Positions 9,918 to 18,489 are shown, numbered from the stretch's first letter. The stretch: DNA of 36,880 bases from a candidate division WOR-3 bacterium (GCA_027053075.1 JALUEE010000073.1:1-36880), one strand, 5' to 3'. Notes: a model not told the origin generated them from the sequence alone. Numbers and translations are program-made.

Positions 9918-11399
9918 TTGAATACACTGGTTAAGAGCAATTTATCGAGCTTCTCCTACTTCGTGCCGGAGCTGATTGTAATTATTGGAATCCTCGCTCT
10001 CATTATTCTTGAGCTTGTTTTCAAAAAAGAAACGAAAAGGAAATTTTCTACATATTTTGCCCTTGCAACACTTATCGTGGGGTTTATTGCCCTGCTTGCA
10101 ACAGGAATGCCTGATGGCTCAAAGTTTATCTTCAATAGAATGCTCGTCTATGACGGCGTTTCCTACTACTTCAAATTCCTATTTTTCCTCTCGACCTTCT
10201 TCATCATCATTCTTTCGTACATCTCCGTCGAGCTCTCGGACAAGGAATACACGGAAACCCTGATACTGATGCTTTCGCTACTCGTGATGATGGACCTTCT
10301 GGCATCTTCATTCAACATGCTGATGCTGTATCTCTCCCTTGAAGGTGTCTCACTCCTCTCTTATATCCTCACTGCGAATAAGCGTGGGGACATCAGACCT
10401 GCAGAGGCAGGGTTGAAATACACGATTTACGGTGGTGTGGCATCTGGAATTATGCTCTTTGGATTCTCGCTTCTTTACGGGCTTACCGGCTCTCTCGACC
10501 TTACACAGATTATGCATAGGCTCAATGGTCAGAACGCAGCTCTGATTTTTGTCGCTTCAATCCTTGTGATTGTGGGATTTGGATACAAGATTGCTGCCGT
10601 CCCCTTTCATCAGTGGTCACCTGATGTTTACGAAGGTGCACCAACACCTGTTACTGCGTTTCTGAGTGTGGGGCCAAAGGCTGCTGGATTTGCCATCCTT
10701 GCGAGATTTTTCTACAACGTATTTACCAACGGGACAGCACCGGTTAATTACTTCCCGTGGTTACTTGTGTTCTGGCTGCTCTCGGTGGCAACGATGATTG
10801 TTGGAAACTATGCTGCGATAAATCAGAAGAATCTGAAGAGACTGCTTGCGTACTCCAGTATTGCCCATGCAGGGTATATGCTCATGGGTATGAGCTTTGT
10901 AGGGCTTATCGGGCTAAGAGCCATTTTCTTTTATCTTTTTGCCTATTTTATCATGAATCTTGGAGCCTTCGCAGTGGTCTCCTTTATGGTGAATAAGACC
11001 GGGAGCGAGGAAATTGGAGATTATCTGGGGCTTGGAAGAGCAGAGCCACTTGTGGCTGTGACCTTTACTATCTTCCTGCTCTCACTGACAGGCATTCCAC
11101 CGACAGTGGGATTTATTGGTAAATTCTACCTTCTGATTGGGGTGATTTTTGAGGGCGGTTTGTGGTACTATCTGCTGGCCTTTATCGCAGTATTCTTTAC
11201 TGTGATCTCGCTCTTCTACTATGCGCGTGTGCTGAAGAGAATGTATCTTGATCCTGTGGATGAGCTGAGGCAGGTAGGATTTGGGGCCTATGAAAAGATA
11301 TACGTCTCTGTGCTTGCGATTCCGGTGCTGATTCTTGGAGTTTACTGGCAGCCCTTGATGCACTTTATTGAAAGGGCACTTTCGAATTCGGTGTTTTAG
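9918..11399 (+). CDS. nuoN: NADH-quinone oxidoreductase subunit N
   Basis: EAGLKY, PFHQWSPDVYEGAP and KRLLAYSSIAHAG motifs; TTG start after AGGAGG. Confidence 0.96.
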   Translation: MNTLVKSNLSSFSYFVPELIVIIGILALIILELVFKKETKRKFSTYFALATLIVGFIALLATGMPDGSKFIFNRMLVYDGVSYYFKFLFFLSTFFIIILSYISVELSDKEYTETLILMLSLLVMMDLLASSFNMLMLYLSLEGVSLLSYILTANKRGDIRPAEAGLKYTIYGGVASGIMLFGFSLLYGLTGSLDLTQIMHRLNGQNAALIFVASILVIVGFGYKIAAVPFHQWSPDVYEGAPTPVTAFLSVGPKAAGFAILARFFYNVFTNGTAPVNYFPWLLVFWLLSVATMIVGNYAAINQKNLKRLLAYSSIAHAGYMLMGMSFVGLIGLRAIFFYLFAYFIMNLGAFAVVSFMVNKTGSEEIGDYLGLGRAEPLVAVTFTIFLLSLTGIPPTVGFIGKFYLLIGVIFEGGLWYYLLAFIAVFFTVISLFYYARVLKRMYLDPVDELRQVGFGAYEKIYVSVLAIPVLILGVYWQPLMHFIERALSNSVF

Positions 11400-11457
11400 G
11401 CCTCCGCTTTGTGCGTGAGGGAAGTAAATCTCAATTTTTAGTATTTTGAAGAGGAAA

Positions 11458-11673
11458 GCCCCCTTCCTAACCCTCTCCCGCGCGTAGCGCGGGGGAGGGA
11501 AAGATTTCGGGTGCATAGGTGGCCCAGGATATCTGCTTGTTAGGAAAGTCCTTCCTTGTGTGACATTTCGCTTGGCCTTCGGACTTAGATCCAATCATTT
11601 AGCCTCGCATTCAAAAACTTACTCTCCCCGCGTAAATACTTTGCGGGGAGAGGTAAGGTGAGGGGCCACATCT
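11458..11673. repeat. Composite repeat element (L hairpin - conserved core - inverted R hairpin), copy 1
   Basis: L stem 11471-11499, R stem 11622-11652 plus GGTGAGGGGCCACATCT tail; core colinear with 30896-31174. Confidence 0.9.
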
Positions 11674-11810
11674 TGAAAGAGTATTTCAAATTTAGATCAG
11701 TTCTGCAATGTTTTGAACGCTATGTGATTGTCTAAACTGCTTTTTATGAGAATGCCGCTACCTTTTTACTTCCAGGAATAAATGACAACATCTTATTCAA
11801 AAATTATGCA

Positions 11811-11999
11811 GAATGCCCCCATCCTAACCTTCCCCCACTCGCAAAGCGAGTGGGGGAAGGAAATATATGTTTGTGCCCACCTATCAACCAGAGCTTGGGA
11901 GTCTGGAGTGAGATTTACTTTATCTGTTTCTTCCCAAAATTCTTCCTCTCCCCGCGTAAATACTTTGCGGGGAGAGGAGTGAGGTGAGGGGCAACATCT
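11811..11999. repeat. L...R BoxC-like repeat pair with a different spacer
   Basis: 15-bp perfect stem CCTTCCCCCACTCGC-AAA-GCGAGTGGGGGAAGG (11828-11860); R unit 11945-11999 shares CTCTCCCCGCGTAAATACTTTGCGGGGAGAGG with 11622-11653. Confidence 0.9.
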
Positions 12000-12071
12000 G
12001 ATTTACTCTTTCGCTTGGATGTGATCGAATTGGAACTACTTAAACCAGCCCCCTCAATCCAGAACAAGCCC

Positions 12072-12503
12072 TCAATTTATAATCCTTCTCCCCTTTGGAA
12101 TCTGATTTTTCAGGTGGCCGTCTCGGTAAATTGCTGAGCCAAGGATGTCATTCTTCCATTTCACAATCACCTGACCATTTTCAATGTCCTCAATTCGCTC
12201 AATTTTCAAGTCCTGCCCCCTTATAAATTTCTGAGCCTCTTCGTCCAGCAAAATTACGACGTTCTTCGTCGCGAGGTGGCCGAAAATCTGCATGGCAGCA
12301 GTTGTCCATTTAAAACCTTTCCGTGAGACTCTCAAAAATCTTATTCCCTTTCGTTTAAAAACTTTTAGCTCAAATCCCTCGATCTCTCTTGATGTGATCC
12401 AGATGTCAGATTGAACAAAAAAGCTGTACTTTTCAAAGGTTGATGCAGGGATTCCAAACCTGCCTTCGATATATTTGAGTCCCTTTTTGACGATCGGATT
12501 CAT
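12072..12503 (-). CDS. Stand-alone PUA-domain protein, NIP7 / RsmF C-terminal-like (NOL1/NOP2/fmu-associated)
   Basis: GIRFLR...KWTT...GHLATKNVV...FIRGQDL...GQVIV...LKNQIPKGR pattern; start overlaps the der stop (ATGA). Confidence 0.75.
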   Translation of the reverse strand: MNPIVKKGLKYIEGRFGIPASTFEKYSFFVQSDIWITSREIEGFELKVFKRKGIRFLRVSRKGFKWTTAAMQIFGHLATKNVVILLDEEAQKFIRGQDLKIERIEDIENGQVIVKWKNDILGSAIYRDGHLKNQIPKGRRIIN

Positions 12504-13756
12504 CTCTTACGTCTTTTTACTTTGGTTTTTATTTCGATGGGAACACCCCAGAATCCAAATCTCTGACGGATATTTTTCTCTAAAAATTTCAAGAAGGAAG
12601 AAGGGACATTGGATTTTGCTCCCAAAAGAAAAACCGGCGGAGCCTTTCGAACCTGCTTTAAAAATGTGATCTCAGCAGGCGGGGAGTACCTTGAAAAAAT
12701 CTCATAAAGCATATTCTCGAGCTCCTCGGCTGGGACGAATTTTTTCCTCTCTTCAAAAACCCTCTTTATAGCGTCTTTGAGATAATTTATCCCTTCACCT
12801 GTTTTGGCAGAGGTGAAAATTTTAGGAGCATAATCCACAAAGCCAAGTTCATTTGCAACGTGTGCAAAAACAGCCTTCTTATCTTTTATGAGGTCGGATT
12901 TGTTAAGGGCGATAACGAGTCCCTTACCCTCTTTTTCAGCAAGGGAGATGATTTTCTTATCCGCGTTTGTAATCTCATCTGAGACATCAATAACTACGAT
13001 GGCAATATCAGCAAAGTTGAGTGAGCTCAGGCTTCTGAGATGAGAATAGTATTCAATCTCGTCTTTGTATTTTCTCTTTATCCCCGCTGTATCCACAAAG
13101 ATAAATTCATCGGTCTCATAATCAACAGAATCACGCGTGGTTCCAGGGATATCGGAAATTATGGAAATATCTTCACCTGTGAGTGCGTTGAAAATGGATG
13201 ACTTTCCGACGTTTGGTTTTCCGAGAATTGTAACAGGTATTTTGGTTTTGTCAGTGGATTTAACAGTCTCACCACCGATTCTATCTACCACCGTGTCAAG
13301 GAGTTCAGAGACCCCATATCCGTGTGTGGCCGAAATCCCAAGGGGTTTGCCCCATCCAAGCTCCTCAAATTCCTCTATGTATGGGTTTTTAACTTCAGAT
13401 TTGTTAACAACAAGCAGTACATCCTTACCGAGTTTGCGAAGCCACTGGCTGATTTCTCTATCATAAGGGGTGGGACCTGTCTTTCCATCAACCAGAAAAA
13501 TAACGAGGTCAGCTGATTTTACAGTGTCTTCTATTTTCTCTCTAACCAGATTCCAGAGCGGGTCTTCTTCCGGGGGAAAGAATCCACCTGTATCAATGAG
13601 TTCAAAGGAAACGTCGTTCCATTTAACGATTTTGGCAATTCTATCCCGTGTTACCCCTGGCCTGTCATCCACCACGGCCAGTGGTTTTTTAATAATCCTG
13701 TTGAAAAGGGTGGATTTTCCAACATTTACGCGACCTACGATAGCAACTCTTTTCAT
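12500..13756 (-). CDS. der: Ribosome biogenesis GTPase Der (EngA)
   Basis: Two tandem G domains (GRVNVGKS/GVTRD/DTGG/NKSE and GKPNVGKS/GTTRD/DTAG/NKSD) plus KH-like C-terminus ending FGFWGVPI. Confidence 0.97.
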   Translation of the reverse strand: MKRVAIVGRVNVGKSTLFNRIIKKPLAVVDDRPGVTRDRIAKIVKWNDVSFELIDTGGFFPPEEDPLWNLVREKIEDTVKSADLVIFLVDGKTGPTPYDREISQWLRKLGKDVLLVVNKSEVKNPYIEEFEELGWGKPLGISATHGYGVSELLDTVVDRIGGETVKSTDKTKIPVTILGKPNVGKSSIFNALTGEDISIISDIPGTTRDSVDYETDEFIFVDTAGIKRKYKDEIEYYSHLRSLSSLNFADIAIVVIDVSDEITNADKKIISLAEKEGKGLVIALNKSDLIKDKKAVFAHVANELGFVDYAPKIFTSAKTGEGINYLKDAIKRVFEERKKFVPAEELENMLYEIFSRYSPPAEITFLKQVRKAPPVFLLGAKSNVPSSFLKFLEKNIRQRFGFWGVPIEIKTKVKRRKR

Positions 13757-13764
13757 AGACGGAA

Positions 13765-13793
13765 AATATAAATGTCAGGCCTATTTCTGTCAA
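13765..13793 (-). promoter_or_regulatory. Sigma70 promoter of der, probably giving a leaderless mRNA
   Basis: Minus strand TTGACA(13793-13788)-17 nt-TATATT(13770-13765), 8 nt to ATG, no SD. Confidence 0.7.
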
Positions 13794-13876
13794 TTGATGA
13801 GGCAAATTGCAATACCTTTTGTAATTTACAACTACGATGAGGAGGGAGATAGCTTAAATATAGTTGAATTTTCGAA

Positions 13877-13891
13877 CGGCGGTAAAATTGC
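13877..13891 (+). promoter_or_regulatory. Possible sigma54 (-24/-12) promoter of the pilin gene
   Basis: CGGCGGTAAAATTGC: GG(13878-13879)-N10-GC(13890-13891) with TTGC; 30 nt upstream of the pilin ATG. Confidence 0.4.
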
Positions 13892-13921
13892 CGGTAACTG
13901 TAGTGAAAAGGAGGTTGGAAA

Positions 13922-14482
13922 ATGAGAAAATCCCACCTTGATGAAGGATTTACACTTGTTGAATTGATGATTGTCATCGCAGTTATCGCCGTTCTTGTAG
14001 CAATTGCGATCCCTCAGTATAGAAAGTTTATGCTTAGGGCAAAGACGACTGAGGCTAAGATGAATATCGGAGCAATTGCCACCGGGGAGGAGGCCTTTGC
14101 TGCCGAGCACGGTTTATATGTTCAATGTAGATCAAATCCTAATGTAGTTGGACCCACAAAACACCCTTGGAGAGACCCAAGACCGCGGAGAGGATTTAAT
14201 TTGATAGGCTTTAAACCAGCCGGAGATGTTTACTTTAGCTATGCTGTAAGAAGAGGTAATCCAGGTCCCATACATGGTGGGATAAGATACAGAAGAAACA
14301 CTGTGATGAGGAGAAATGGGAAGATCAGGCGAGGTGTACCTGTGCGCGAGGGGAGTGTTGATATTACAATCTATGCCACCGGTGACCTGAATGGTGATCA
14401 CAATCTTGCAACATTCATACGTACCGATGAGTCAACTGAAATCCTACCATACCCTGCCGGAGCAGGAGTGTCCGAATTTTAA
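13922..14482 (+). CDS. Type IV pilin (PilA-like), Arg-rich
   Basis: Class III signal G|FTLVELMIVIAVIAVLVAIAIP with Glu+5, AKTTEAKMNI, and ATGDLNGD near the C-terminus; AAGGAGGT SD. Confidence 0.93.
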   Translation: MRKSHLDEGFTLVELMIVIAVIAVLVAIAIPQYRKFMLRAKTTEAKMNIGAIATGEEAFAAEHGLYVQCRSNPNVVGPTKHPWRDPRPRRGFNLIGFKPAGDVYFSYAVRRGNPGPIHGGIRYRRNTVMRRNGKIRRGVPVREGSVDITIYATGDLNGDHNLATFIRTDESTEILPYPAGAGVSEF

Positions 14483-14516
14483 AATGCCCGAAAAGCCTGA
14501 AAAACAGCTCGTGTTC

Positions 14517-14545
14517 TTGACAGTTAAAAGTGCCACAAATATAAT
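14517..14545 (+). promoter_or_regulatory. Perfect consensus sigma70 promoter of the polyamine operon
   Basis: TTGACA(14517-14522)-17 nt-TATAAT(14540-14545). Confidence 0.85.
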
Positions 14546-14571
14546 TCAATCCTCACCAAGGAGGTGTTAGT

Positions 14572-14631
14572 ATGTGTGAAGGAGACCTGTGTGTAGGTCG
14601 TGTAGGAATATTGTATTGGGATAACTGGTGA
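14572..14631 (+). CDS. Putative 19-aa leader peptide (MCEGDLCVGRVGILYWDNW) upstream of speD
   Basis: AAGGAGGTG SD at 14558-14566, ATG 14572, TGA 14629-14631; lies between the promoter and speD, which has its own SD. Confidence 0.6.
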   Translation: MCEGDLCVGRVGILYWDNW

Positions 14632-14665
14632 ATAGGCTAAAAAACATAAAAAGGAGGTATGAGAA

Positions 14666-15073
14666 GTGAGAAAAGCACTGGGGACCCACGTAATTGTAGA
14701 ACTTTTTGATTGCAACCCAAACACTCTCACCAATAAGGAATATGTTGAAAGAGCCCTTCTCAGGGCAGCCCACGAATCCAACGCAAAAGTTGTTGACCAC
14801 TTCTTCCATCAGTTCAAACCCTACGGAGTTTCTGGCGTTGTAGTGATCGAGGAATCCCACTACACCATCCACACCTGGCCAGAGCACGCGTTTGCAGCTG
14901 TTGATCTGTTCTTCTGCTCGGATGACATTGACCTTGAACGTGCCATTGAGGTTTTAAGAGAAGAGTTCCAGCCAGACAGAATAAGCACGGTGGAGCTCAA
15001 ACGTGGTCTTCTGCCGGATGTCTCCTACAGTTTCAATAATAGGGAGAAGGCTGAAGTGGTGAGCGATTTATGA
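14666..15073 (+). CDS. speD: S-adenosylmethionine decarboxylase proenzyme (short SpeH type)
   Basis: LGTHVIVE, HQFKPYGVSGVVVIEE|SH self-cleavage site, IHTWPE, DLFFC; GTG start 7 nt after AAGGAGGT. Confidence 0.95.
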   Translation: MRKALGTHVIVELFDCNPNTLTNKEYVERALLRAAHESNAKVVDHFFHQFKPYGVSGVVVIEESHYTIHTWPEHAFAAVDLFFCSDDIDLERAIEVLREEFQPDRISTVELKRGLLPDVSYSFNNREKAEVVSDL

Positions 15074-15981
15074 ATCCAGAAGGCCTATGGTTTAAAGAAA
15101 TATTCACTGATAACCTTCTTTTCGGTTATCGGGTGAGGAAGGTTCTATTTTCTGGTCAGAGTAAGTTCCAGAAAATAGACATCCTGGACCTTTACGCCTA
15201 CGGTAAGACACTATTTCTGGATGATAAAATTCAGTCGGCCGAGATAGACGAGTACGTTTATCACGAAGCGCTTGTTCAGCCAGCAATGTTTGTTCATCCT
15301 GAGCCTATAAGTGCGCTAATCATCGGTGGAGGTGAAGGAGCTACATTGAGGGAGGTGTTGAAGCACGGTACAGTGGAGAAGGCGGTGATGGTTGATATTG
15401 ACGGTGAGCTTGTGGATGCCTCGAGAAAGTATTTATCCGAATGGTCCGCCGGAGCATACGAAAACCCACGTTCGAAGCTCGTGATAGATGACGCCCGAAA
15501 ATACATTTTCGAGACTGATGAAAAGTTCGATGTAGTGATCTCAGACCTGACAGAGCCTTTAGAAGAAGGTCCCTCGAAATTCCTCTTCACCCTTGAGTTT
15601 TACAAAAAAGTGCACGAAATACTTACAGACAGCGGTGTACTTGTAGTCCAGTCCGGAAGTGCAGTTCAAACATACAACGACCTTGCGGCAAGCATTTACG
15701 TTACCCTGAAGGAGCTATTTAATTTCGTAAAGGTTTATACGGTTTATATTGAATCCTTCCAGATGCTGTGGGCATTTACCATAGCATCAAAATCTGATGA
15801 TCCTGAAACCATAGGACTTGATGACCTTGAAAATAGAAGAAAGGTCAGAGGGGTGGGGAACTTAAAATTTTATCTTCCCAAGTATCACAGGGGACTTTTC
15901 AACATTCCACGTTACCTTGATGAAAGATTGCCTGAAGGGAGAGTTCTAACCGATGACAACCCATATATATGGACTGCCTGA
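15070..15981 (+). CDS. speE: Polyamine aminopropyltransferase, GGGEG type (Thermus SpeE / thermospermine synthase-like)
   Basis: DEYVYHE, GGGEGATLREVLKH, VMVDIDGELV and DLTEP motifs. Confidence 0.92.
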   Translation: MNPEGLWFKEIFTDNLLFGYRVRKVLFSGQSKFQKIDILDLYAYGKTLFLDDKIQSAEIDEYVYHEALVQPAMFVHPEPISALIIGGGEGATLREVLKHGTVEKAVMVDIDGELVDASRKYLSEWSAGAYENPRSKLVIDDARKYIFETDEKFDVVISDLTEPLEEGPSKFLFTLEFYKKVHEILTDSGVLVVQSGSAVQTYNDLAASIYVTLKELFNFVKVYTVYIESFQMLWAFTIASKSDDPETIGLDDLENRRKVRGVGNLKFYLPKYHRGLFNIPRYLDERLPEGRVLTDDNPYIWTA

Positions 15982-16423
15982 AGGGAAATTCTTCATATGT
16001 GCTGGAAAGGGAAGAGCAAATACGCTTCTGAACTCTTTTGACGCGGCTCTTCTCGACGCTGGAGTCGGAAATTACAACCTGATTAAAGTTTCGAGCATTT
16101 TGCCAGAAGGGTTTGAGGAAGTCGAGAAGGTAGATTTGCCTGAAGGTTCTCTTCTGCCCATTGCATACGGTGCGGTGAGTGAGTTTGAAGAGGGAAAGAG
16201 AATTACAGCTGCGATTGCTGTGGCAATACCTGATAGGGGAGTAGGTGTAATCATGGAATACTCAGGAGACCTGCCAGAAGAGGAAGCGAAAACTAAGGTT
16301 GAAAAGATGGCACGCGAGGCAATTGAGTTAAGGGGCGCGAAGTTGGTTGAAATTAAGTCAAAGGTTGTATCAACTGTAGTAAAAGGTCCCACCACTGTTT
16401 TTGCTGGAGTTGCACTCTGGTGA
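15953..16423 (+). CDS. pdaD: Pyruvoyl-dependent arginine decarboxylase
   Basis: LNSFDAALLDAGVGNYNLIKVS|SILP cleavage motif and GVIME; exact start uncertain (29-nt overlap with speE). Confidence 0.92.
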   Translation: MTTHIYGLPEGKFFICAGKGRANTLLNSFDAALLDAGVGNYNLIKVSSILPEGFEEVEKVDLPEGSLLPIAYGAVSEFEEGKRITAAIAVAIPDRGVGVIMEYSGDLPEEEAKTKVEKMAREAIELRGAKLVEIKSKVVSTVVKGPTTVFAGVALW

Positions 16424-17250
16424 GCCACGAATTCTGGTTTAAAGAGTACCACACAGAGCATAATGGCATCTTCTTTCGAATAGAAAGGATACTGTTCCAG
16501 AAAAAGACTCCATTCCAGCAAATTGACATAGTCGAATCACCGGTTTTTGGTAAAGTACTGCTGCTTGATGGTCTTGTAATGACCACAGAGCTGGACGAGT
16601 TTGTCTATCACGAAATGCTTGTGCACCCTGCAATGGTTCTGCATCCATCACCTAAGCAAGTACTTGTTATTGGTGGTGGTGACGGCGGTACAGTTAGAGA
16701 GCTTATTAAGTATCAAGAGGTGAAGGAAATAATTCAGTCTGAGATTGACAGGGAAGTTGTGGAGGCTGCCAAAAAATATCTGCCAGAACTTTCCTCAGGG
16801 TTTAATGACCCTCGAGTGAAAATCTTTTTCGAGGATGGGGTAAAATTTGTAAAAGAATCCGATGCATCCGTTTTTGACCTGATATTTGTTGATTCATCGG
16901 ATCCTGTAGGGCCTGCAACGGTGCTTTATGGAGATGAGTTTATCGAGTCCCTACACAGGGTTCTCAAGCCCAATGGAATTGTGGTTTTCCAGAGTGAGTC
17001 ACCGTTTACCCGGCTTGATATTATCAAATCTCTCTTTGATGGACTGGCGAAGAAATTTAAAGTGGTGAAGCCATATCTTGCTCCCATGCCCGGATATCCT
17101 GATGGGACATGGAGCTTTCTTATGGCAATGAATGAGAGCTATGATGAACCTGTAAGGAAGTTGCCTTCAGGTCTCAAATACGTGAATGAGGACATTTTAA
17201 AATCAGCATTTGCCCTTCCAAATTTTGTAAAGAATCGGCTTTATGATTAA
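16420..17250 (+). CDS. speE: Spermidine synthase / polyamine aminopropyltransferase, GGGDG type
   Basis: DEFVYHEMLVHP, GGGDGGTVRE and DSSDPVGPA motifs. Confidence 0.93.
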   Translation: MSHEFWFKEYHTEHNGIFFRIERILFQKKTPFQQIDIVESPVFGKVLLLDGLVMTTELDEFVYHEMLVHPAMVLHPSPKQVLVIGGGDGGTVRELIKYQEVKEIIQSEIDREVVEAAKKYLPELSSGFNDPRVKIFFEDGVKFVKESDASVFDLIFVDSSDPVGPATVLYGDEFIESLHRVLKPNGIVVFQSESPFTRLDIIKSLFDGLAKKFKVVKPYLAPMPGYPDGTWSFLMAMNESYDEPVRKLPSGLKYVNEDILKSAFALPNFVKNRLYD

Positions 17251-18013
17251 ATTAGTGGGTATTCCATACGAGGGCGGTGAAAATTTCCTGAAAGGCACGA
17301 CTGAAGCTCCTTCTAAAGTACGCTGGGCACTTGAGTCACTGGAAGTTTACAGTATCTATCAAGATTCGTTTCTTCCCGATTATAGCGACCTGGGCGATTT
17401 AATTCCACCTGAAGTTCAACATGAAGAGGCCCTTAAATTTATCGAAGAAAAAGTGAGGGAAATTCTCCCTGCAAAAATTGCCGTAATTGGCGGAGACCAC
17501 AATATTACCTATCCTGTGGTTAAGGCACTGAAAGAGAATACAGAGGATTTCTGGAACGTCCATCTTGATGCTCATCTTGATACAAGGGACACTTACAGAG
17601 GCAATAAATTCACACATGCCAGTGTAATGAGAAGAGTGCTCGAGACTGTAGGGGAGAATAGGGTTATATCAGTTGGCTATAGGTCCTATGCAAAAGGTGA
17701 GGAAATAGTCCCTCAGTATTCAGCTCCATTTAAGGTATTTGAGCCTTTGAAAAAATTTATTGACGAGCTTGATCCTGAAAGGGTCTATCTTACTATTGAC
17801 CTCGATGTTATTGACCCATCGGTTTTTCCCGCAGTCAGTAATCCTGAGCCTGGCGGGATCAGCTTTAGAGAGTTGATGGAGTCTATTTTGCTTTTGAAGG
17901 GCAGACTTGTGGGTTTTGACATGGTTGAATTCAATCCACTCGCATTTCAGGGGACATATCCAGCAGTTACGGCTGCTCTGCTATTGCGTGAGCTTCTAAT
18001 CGCTTTAAAATAA
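17243..18013 (+). CDS. speB: Agmatinase / aminopropylagmatine ureohydrolase
   Basis: GGDH, DAHLD and TIDLDVIDP..FPAV..PEPGG ureohydrolase motifs. Confidence 0.93.
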   Translation: MIKLVGIPYEGGENFLKGTTEAPSKVRWALESLEVYSIYQDSFLPDYSDLGDLIPPEVQHEEALKFIEEKVREILPAKIAVIGGDHNITYPVVKALKENTEDFWNVHLDAHLDTRDTYRGNKFTHASVMRRVLETVGENRVISVGYRSYAKGEEIVPQYSAPFKVFEPLKKFIDELDPERVYLTIDLDVIDPSVFPAVSNPEPGGISFRELMESILLLKGRLVGFDMVEFNPLAFQGTYPAVTAALLLRELLIALK

Positions 18014-18018
18014 CTAAT

Positions 18019-18489
18019 ATGAAATTTGTTGCCGATTCCATGGTGGGTAAGCTTTCGAGGTGGCTGAGAATCCTTGGAATAGATGTGGTCTATGTTTCCA
18101 GTGGGGATGCCGATGAGATTGTAAAAATCTCAGAAAATGAGGGACGAATAATCCTAACACGAAATTCTGATATTTTAAAAAAACTGAAGGGTCACAGGGT
18201 GTGGATTTACTTTCTCTCTTCTGAGAAATCAGAGGTCCAGCTCAAAGAAGTGGTGGAAAAGTTTGACCTGTGGCGTGAGATAAAACCCTTCTCAAGGTGC
18301 AGTGTTTGTAACGAACCCCTTGTGGCCGTAAGTAAGGAAGAAGTTCGTGGAAAAGTCCCATTTTATGTTTATCAAACTGTGGAGCACTTTGAAAAATGTC
18401 CGAAATGTGGTAGAATATACTGGGAAGGTTCGCATATTAGCCGGCTCAAGGAGAAACTTTCAAAAATATTGGGAAGGGAGATAGAATGA
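18019..18489 (+). CDS. Mut7-C (PIN-like, DUF82) RNase domain protein with zinc ribbon
   Basis: KFVADSMVGKLSRWLRILGID, GRIILTR, RCSVCN and CPKCGRIYWEGSH. Confidence 0.92.
   Translation: MKFVADSMVGKLSRWLRILGIDVVYVSSGDADEIVKISENEGRIILTRNSDILKKLKGHRVWIYFLSSEKSEVQLKEVVEKFDLWREIKPFSRCSVCNEPLVAVSKEEVRGKVPFYVYQTVEHFEKCPKCGRIYWEGSHISRLKEKLSKILGREIE

Noticed and set aside
11082..11594. Minus-strand 170-aa ORF, and similar ORFs at 11782, 21272, 24901, 30909 and 35261
   Set aside because: They run through the palindromic repeats or antisense to real genes; shared peptide snippets come from the repeat, and indels between copies break the frame.
11458..11999. Repeated palindromes as a CRISPR array
   Set aside because: Units alternate in type and orientation, spacing is irregular (over 80 bp), copies are dispersed over 35 kb, and no cas genes are present.
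14572..14631. Leader peptide as a RiPP precursor (WxN motif) for the radical SAM at 19075-20637
   Set aside because: That enzyme is in a convergent transcription unit, is COG1032-like rather than SPASM/RRE type, and no transporter or protease is adjacent.
14659..14709. Alternative ATG at 14659 in front of speD
   Set aside because: It abuts the SD with no spacer and opens only a short out-of-frame ORF; GTG 14666 has 7-nt spacing and gives the conserved N-terminus.
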